From IMG/VR virus record IMGVR_UViG_3300035698_022190, positions 62,001-126,000 of that record: a DNA stretch of 64,000 nt, one strand, 5' to 3'. Positions 58,721 through 64,000 of this stretch are shown here, piece after piece. The position numbers were made by a program, and so were the translations under genes. Under the pieces are notes generated by a model, which saw nothing but the letters and a program-made list of their open reading frames with translations, searched no databases and was not told where the DNA came from. Position 1 is the stretch's first letter. Each line of letters begins with the position of its first letter.

Positions 58721-59336
58721 GTGTGTCTCCTATGTCTGGGGAGTTTCCAAGAAACTCCGTTGTTAATTTGTTCATCATATTTTCATGCTTACTGCCATGC
58801 TTATAATAATTTTCTTGTTTAATAAGAATGCCGTGTGCATATTCATGTATAATTATATCTTCCCACGATTCAGTGGTGTCCTTTCCTACTATAATTTCTA
58901 CAGGTTCTTTTTTGTTAGTGGTTATAAAGCCTCCTCCATACTTTTGTTTTAAAGTTTGAAAAAAGAGAGGGATGTTGATATTATATTTGGCTTCGAGCCT
59001 ATTATATAAATCATACATTTCGTCAACCACACTTGCTTCATTTTCTAAAAAGGCATCTATAGATTTATAGTAAGACAAGACATTACATGCATATAGAAAA
59101 GCTGGGTCATCATCAATTAATATATCAGCATTGGGTGTTATTTCTGCGTCCTTTGAAACAAATGGGCAGCCCAGTAGTCTTGCTATTGCCGGACCATATT
59201 CGCTAGATGACCAAAAAGTTATATCATGCTGGAATAACTCGCCATATCTATGATGGGGCAGATACCCTGTTCCTTGGTGTATTAAAAAGGTGTCATCAAT
59301 ATCCAACAAAATCGTTTTTTGTAAAAATCTACTCAT
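58713..59336 (-). CDS. HAD-like domain fused to HExxH (SprT-like) domain
   Basis: LLDIDDT, LIDDD; IIIHEYAH..HG. Confidence 0.6.
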   Translation of the reverse strand: MSRFLQKTILLDIDDTFLIHQGTGYLPHHRYGELFQHDITFWSSSEYGPAIARLLGCPFVSKDAEITPNADILIDDDPAFLYACNVLSYYKSIDAFLENEASVVDEMYDLYNRLEAKYNINIPLFFQTLKQKYGGGFITTNKKEPVEIIVGKDTTESWEDIIIHEYAHGILIKQENYYKHGSKHENMMNKLTTEFLGNSPDIGDTHE

Positions 59337-59867
59337 TTATAAGTTATATAGTCTAGCCATTGCCTGTAATGCCTCGGCATTTCCTTTAGCATCATTTACA
59401 GGATTATGGTCATGCTTTGTTTTTCTAAATTTTCGCTTCCACTCACTATTGGATCTTAAATTTTTAACTAGTCCGCAGTATAAATCTCCAATGCGTCTGG
59501 CTGAAAAGCCAAATGGGTTTTTTTTATCTTTAATAAATTCATCAAAATAGTAGTTCATCCATTGCCAGTCAAATGCCGGGTTATCGCTCACAAGTGTTGC
59601 ACGATCCCCAACAGTTTCTCTAATCCAGCTGTCAAAGCCGTACATAGTAACTACAGGCTCATCAAATTGTTCGTGTTCCTCTCTTGTAAATCCAGAAATT
59701 GCTAAAGCTTCGAGACTATATTCTTGAGTAATAGGTTTGGTAGTTCCATAAAATGTTTTAGATAAATCTGTTACAGATACTGCCCCAAAACACACCATGC
59801 TACCTGTTGCTGGGGAAGCATTGTCTGCCTCTACATCCACGACTATCCAATTTTTCATATTTGTCAT
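59337..59867 (-). CDS. DEDDh 3'-5' exonuclease
   Basis: VDVEAD, NPAFDW, HNPVNDA. Confidence 0.85.
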   Translation of the reverse strand: MTNMKNWIVVDVEADNASPATGSMVCFGAVSVTDLSKTFYGTTKPITQEYSLEALAISGFTREEHEQFDEPVVTMYGFDSWIRETVGDRATLVSDNPAFDWQWMNYYFDEFIKDKKNPFGFSARRIGDLYCGLVKNLRSNSEWKRKFRKTKHDHNPVNDAKGNAEALQAMARLYNL

Positions 59868-60118
59868 ATTCTTTTTTTTATGTTATTAAATTATTTTGAC
59901 CAGCTATATGAAATGAATCTCCATATAGTTTTAATCTTTTACTAAATAAATTATGAACTACAAAATCATTTGCTAGTTCATATGGTTCAAAATCTTTTGG
60001 TTCTACCAGTTTTAAATATTCATATGGGGCAGTCCGGTAGAGGTAAGCAAATTTGTTTATTGTCTTTATATATATGGCAAAAACACTCCGCTCACTTATC
60101 TGCCCCATATAAAATTTA

Positions 60119-61566
60119 TTATCCTGCATGGGGCGGTTTACCCCCGACAAGCTTTATTAAATTAAAAAGCTCAGTCATTTGGTCCCGTACGCCTTGCAAT
60201 TCTTCGGTTACGGCCTTCATTTGAGATGTATGTCTTTTATCCAGATCATCAAACATAGCCTGTTGTTCGGGAGTTAAAATTGGTTTTTCTACATCTTTTG
60301 CGAAGCTCGAGTCTAGGGACACATACTCACCCAGATATTCTTGTTGAGTTTCCCTCTTGTCTTCATTCTTCATTTTCTATTCCCTCATTTAATCCCTCAT
60401 TTAATCCCTCTTTTATCACTGCAGAACCAATAAGTCTTAATAAATTTAAAACTTCAGTCACCTTATCATCGAGGGCTCCCACATGAGCCATTAAACTTAT
60501 TATAGCAGGATCAGTTTTTACTTTTTCTGTAAAAGTATCATCTGAGCTGTTTCTTGCTATAAAAGCTTCTTGTTGTTCCCGGGTTAGGTCTTTAAAAGCA
60601 CTTAGCGAATCAAACTCAATTTTTCTTCCTTTATGCTCATAGACTGCCTGAGTTGGAGGATTGGGCAGTGCACACTCCATTTCTTTTAACATATCCGTAA
60701 GGCTATTTTTTGATTTTTTCATTTTGGGGCAATTATTTCCTTTAACGTAAATAAATTAATTACATTATCTAATTTTTGTTCTACTCGGATCAGCCTATGC
60801 TCGCCAGGAAACTTTTCAGGCCCTGAGTCCGCATCTTTAGTATTTATAAATTCAAAACCCTGAGTCTTCATAGCCCCTACAATATATAACATAAGGTGCT
60901 CAACTTCTTTTGGATCTAAACCTTCTAAAAATCCCTTAATGTCCATCTTTATCTTTTCCCTTTTTTATTACAGCGGAGCCTATTAATTTTATTAAATTTG
61001 TTAAGTCATCTACTTTTTGGTGTAACATTTCTATCGATAGGTCAGGGCCTTTTTCTTCTTCGGCTGCAAATCCCTTAACTATACTGTCCTGAAGATTTGT
61101 CAGCTCATCAAGCTGTGTCTGATGTCTTCTTAAATTATCTTCAGCCTGGATTCTGTATATTACCTCACTAGTATGGCCCTTTCTATCTTCAGATTCTGCT
61201 ACGTGGCGGCGCAGTTCTTTTAATGCTTCGTCTTCATTGCTCATCTTTTTCTTTTGGTTCAATACGTGTGTACATATTAAATGCTCCCGCACCTATTAAT
61301 TTTAGTAATGCCAATACGTCGGCTATTTGTTCTTCTATTCTATCTAGACGCATCTCGATAGGGTAAGAATTCCAAGATTCCGTTGCCCTAGGCTCTGAAG
61401 GTTTTGCAGTTATAGGTACTCCTGCTTGAGACAATAAAGGATTTACGCCCCCCATTGCTCCCGCGATATTCCCAGCTATGGCCGCGCCCCAATCTATAGT
61501 GTTATTACCCAAATAATTTTTATATTTGTTTATTAATTCTTTGGTATTATCTTCTTCGTTGCTCAT
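60119..61566 (-). repeat. Five tandem small ORFs sharing a C-terminal motif (60119-60373, 60363-60722, 60719-60946, 60936-~61244, 61234-61566)
   Basis: ELFNLIKLVGG; EVLNLLRLIGSAVIKEG; NVINLFTL; DLTNLIKLIGSAVIKKG; DVLALLKLIGAG. Confidence 0.7.
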
Positions 61567-61832
61567 TATTTTTGTAATGATTGAAATCTTCGAAAAGCTT
61601 TATCTATGTTTATGTGAGCCTTTTTAAAACCCGCTAACATACACTCTTCGTTTTGCTCATATAGAGCTTGTAATTGTTTGTCAAATGATAATTTTTTAAC
61701 TTTAGTGGCATATCCTTTAGCAAATCTAATGCCTTGTTTCTCGGTATAGCCCATGCCTTCCATAAAAGCTACCCATATGTCAAAAGTATCCTCTATTTCC
61801 TCTAGTAAGTTATTCTGTGTTCTGTTTTTCAT
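61566..61832 (-). CDS. Hypothetical protein
   Basis: Tightly packed ORF. Confidence 0.6.
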   Translation of the reverse strand: MKNRTQNNLLEEIEDTFDIWVAFMEGMGYTEKQGIRFAKGYATKVKKLSFDKQLQALYEQNEECMLAGFKKAHINIDKAFRRFQSLQK

Positions 61833-62091
61833 CTGCAGTCACAAACATTACGTTTTCCGGTAGCGGCGTGCTATCTTCGATCTCAACAAAACCGTTTTGT
61901 GCCTTCTTTGTTATGTCATCTATACAATCTTGAAAAAGCCATGCTGCATATCCCGCAACCTGCTTATGGTCTTCAATAACCAACAAAACGTTTTTTACTG
62001 TATCATTTTCGGCCGTTTGTAAAGATTCTTTTAGTTTAAAAATTTTCCGGTTCAACGCAGTTATCTGTTGCTGCCATGTTATTTTTGTCAT
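61810..62091 (-). CDS. Hypothetical protein
   Basis: AGGA RBS. Confidence 0.6.
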   Translation of the reverse strand: MTKITWQQQITALNRKIFKLKESLQTAENDTVKNVLLVIEDHKQVAGYAAWLFQDCIDDITKKAQNGFVEIEDSTPLPENVMFVTADEKQNTE

Positions 62092-62093
62092 AT

Positions 62094-62342
62094 TTAATTC
62101 CTATTGACTATTAAGGTGGTGTACTTTATAGCTTCATCAGCGATGTCTCCAATTTCTTTAATTGTTGACAAAGGGGGCTGTAGATCAACTACAAAATCCA
62201 GCGATACAAACCGGTTTCCTACTAGCTGGAGAGTATTATTACTCCAAACCATTATGGCACCGTCAGACCCTACCCATTCATATTTTATGTCTCCTGCCTT
62301 GTCGACAGAAATTGATAACGGGGCGGTCTTATCCTTCTTCAT
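62094..62342 (-). CDS. Hypothetical protein
   Basis: Tightly packed ORF. Confidence 0.55.
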   Translation of the reverse strand: MKKDKTAPLSISVDKAGDIKYEWVGSDGAIMVWSNNTLQLVGNRFVSLDFVVDLQPPLSTIKEIGDIADEAIKYTTLIVNRN

Positions 62343-62526
62343 CTACTATCACCTTACATTCTTTTTGCGCTAATTTAACGCGTTTTTGAATTGCCAAGTT
62401 TTTTTCCTCTAAAGTTTTACACTTTTGGAAATAGGTTCGCAATTCATAATTTTCTAAATCGATGCCTAAATACCTAACCCCTTCATACCAGCCAAGTATG
62501 TAGGCATCTTTTTCTTCTTTCGTCAT
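62329..62526 (-). CDS. Hypothetical protein
   Basis: Follows rtcB. Confidence 0.55.
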   Translation of the reverse strand: MTKEEKDAYILGWYEGVRYLGIDLENYELRTYFQKCKTLEEKNLAIQKRVKLAQKECKVIVDEEG

Positions 62527-62532
62527 TTTTAC

Positions 62533-63717
62533 TTAACCCTTTATTACTGCTAAGGGCCTTAATTTTGTGTGTATTCTAACAAGATCTTTTTGATTTTTCA
62601 TAACCTCATTAATATCTTTATATGCACTTGGTGCCTCATCTAGCCTACTTGCGTCTAAATCATGGACAATATATTGATCGTCAAGAGTTTTTCGCTCTTG
62701 TGCAAGATTAAGCGTTTGATTAGCTACACGTCTTCCCATTTTTCTTCCTGCACCATGTGAGCAGCTTTGAAAGGAGTCTCTGTTTCCAAGGCCTTCTACT
62801 ATATATGAGTTTGTACCCATCGATCCGGGGATAATTCCTAGTTCCCCGTCACGCGCCCTCGTAGCACCTTTACGATGTACAAGTACGTTTGCACCAAAGT
62901 GATTCTCCCACGCTGCGTAGTTGTGTGCTATATTTATTGTATGGCTTCCACAGTTAACGGTGCATGTACCTTTCATTACTCCCTGAAAAGCTTCTAGCAC
63001 ACGTGTCATCATTAGTTCTCTATTTGCCAAAGCAAAATCTACACAATATTGCATTTCTTCTAGGTAGGCTTTTCCTTCTTTTGTGTCTACAGGTAAAAAA
63101 GCCAAGTCAAAAGGTTTTGGCACACTAGTGTACCACTTTACGTTTTCAGCTTTTGCTATTTTATTGTAATGATCGGCAACTTGCTTTCCAAGATTGCGAC
63201 TCCCAGAATGTATCATAATCCAAATATGGTTCTGTTCATCTGATTGTACTTCTATGAAGTGATTACCGCCCCCCAGGGTTCCTAATTGTAATAATGCTTT
63301 ACCATAATTTCGCGCCACAACACTATCTGAGTCAGCCAATGAAACACTCTCTGGCATCATTTTCTCGTCTTGTGGTTTCTCATGCCAATTAAATCCTACA
63401 GGTACCAGCTCTTTTATTTTCTTTGTAAGAGACTTTAACATGCCTGTTGACACTTGACTAGCTAAATTTAAATTTGTTTTGTAGGCTAGCATTCCGCAGC
63501 CTATATCGACCCCCACGGCATTTGGTACTACAACCTTTTGGGTAGCCATTACGCCACCAATAGGCATACCGAAGCCGCAATGCACATCCGGCATTAAAGC
63601 TATGTGCTTATATGCGAATGGCAATTGCGATAGGTTTTGAGCCTGTGACATTGCTCCCGGCTCTATCTCCGGTGCCCAAGATTTTATTGGGACTCTTCCT
63701 TCTGTAAATACTCTCAT
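62533..63717 (-). CDS. rtcB: RNA-splicing/repair ligase RtcB
   Basis: MPDVH.G.G.PIG, VGVDIGCG, LGTLGGGNHFIE, HSGSR, HRKGAT, SHGAGR, DEAPSAYK. Confidence 0.95.
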   Translation of the reverse strand: MRVFTEGRVPIKSWAPEIEPGAMSQAQNLSQLPFAYKHIALMPDVHCGFGMPIGGVMATQKVVVPNAVGVDIGCGMLAYKTNLNLASQVSTGMLKSLTKKIKELVPVGFNWHEKPQDEKMMPESVSLADSDSVVARNYGKALLQLGTLGGGNHFIEVQSDEQNHIWIMIHSGSRNLGKQVADHYNKIAKAENVKWYTSVPKPFDLAFLPVDTKEGKAYLEEMQYCVDFALANRELMMTRVLEAFQGVMKGTCTVNCGSHTINIAHNYAAWENHFGANVLVHRKGATRARDGELGIIPGSMGTNSYIVEGLGNRDSFQSCSHGAGRKMGRRVANQTLNLAQERKTLDDQYIVHDLDASRLDEAPSAYKDINEVMKNQKDLVRIHTKLRPLAVIKG

Positions 63718-63986
63718 GCTTTATATACTCCTTCAAATTCTTTTAAATCAGGGGGAAAGGCTCCAATCTTTTCAATAAGAGCGTCGTCTTCATCTGTAAC
63801 CTCATCAATAACTAAATCTTTCGAAGTGAAATTATATTTTTCCGCCATTCGTAATAAAAATGTTCTGGAATTACCTTCGCCCAATTCGTGACCCTCATCA
63901 ACAAGTCTACCATTTATAAAAAAGCCTTCCCAATCCCCTTCCTGTGTTGTAAGAACAACAACACTCCAGGGTTTTTCTTTTGTCAT
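63714..63986 (-). CDS. Hypothetical protein
   Basis: GGAGGA RBS; ATGA-coupled to rtcB. Confidence 0.65.
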   Translation of the reverse strand: MTKEKPWSVVVLTTQEGDWEGFFINGRLVDEGHELGEGNSRTFLLRMAEKYNFTSKDLVIDEVTDEDDALIEKIGAFPPDLKEFEGVYKA

Positions 63987-64000
63987 TTTTCTTCCTCCAC

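Overview
AT-rich segment of a jumbo-phage genome. The + strand carries late/virion blocks (1-10267, 21406-31064) that read TGA as Trp. There are 22 in-frame TGAs in 7 genes, including a Hint-domain tail protein and a ~2019-aa single-chain beta-beta' RNA polymerase, and an atypical UCA-anticodon tRNA sits in the same block. Minus-strand genes still use TGA as stop. The minus strand carries a glycosyltransferase, a MoxR/VWA pair (VWA split by a group I intron with a homing endonuclease), tmRNA, a miniature RNase P RNA, 30 tRNAs covering all 20 amino acids, several circularly permuted tRNA-like RNAs, thyX, clpP-like, pncB-NUDIX-pncA, rtcB and many hypotheticals. The main novelty is at 11700-16915. 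One retron-type reverse transcriptase is flanked by about 7 sequence-diverse msr/msd-like cassettes, two upstream and a tandem array of five downstream. Each cassette has its own terminal inverted repeat and a G:G candidate branch site, and most have a conserved short RNA hairpin and a variable long hairpin. The last cassette is a ~1 kb GC-rich segment enriched in restriction-type palindromes. All calls were made by eye; no searches or folding programs were run.
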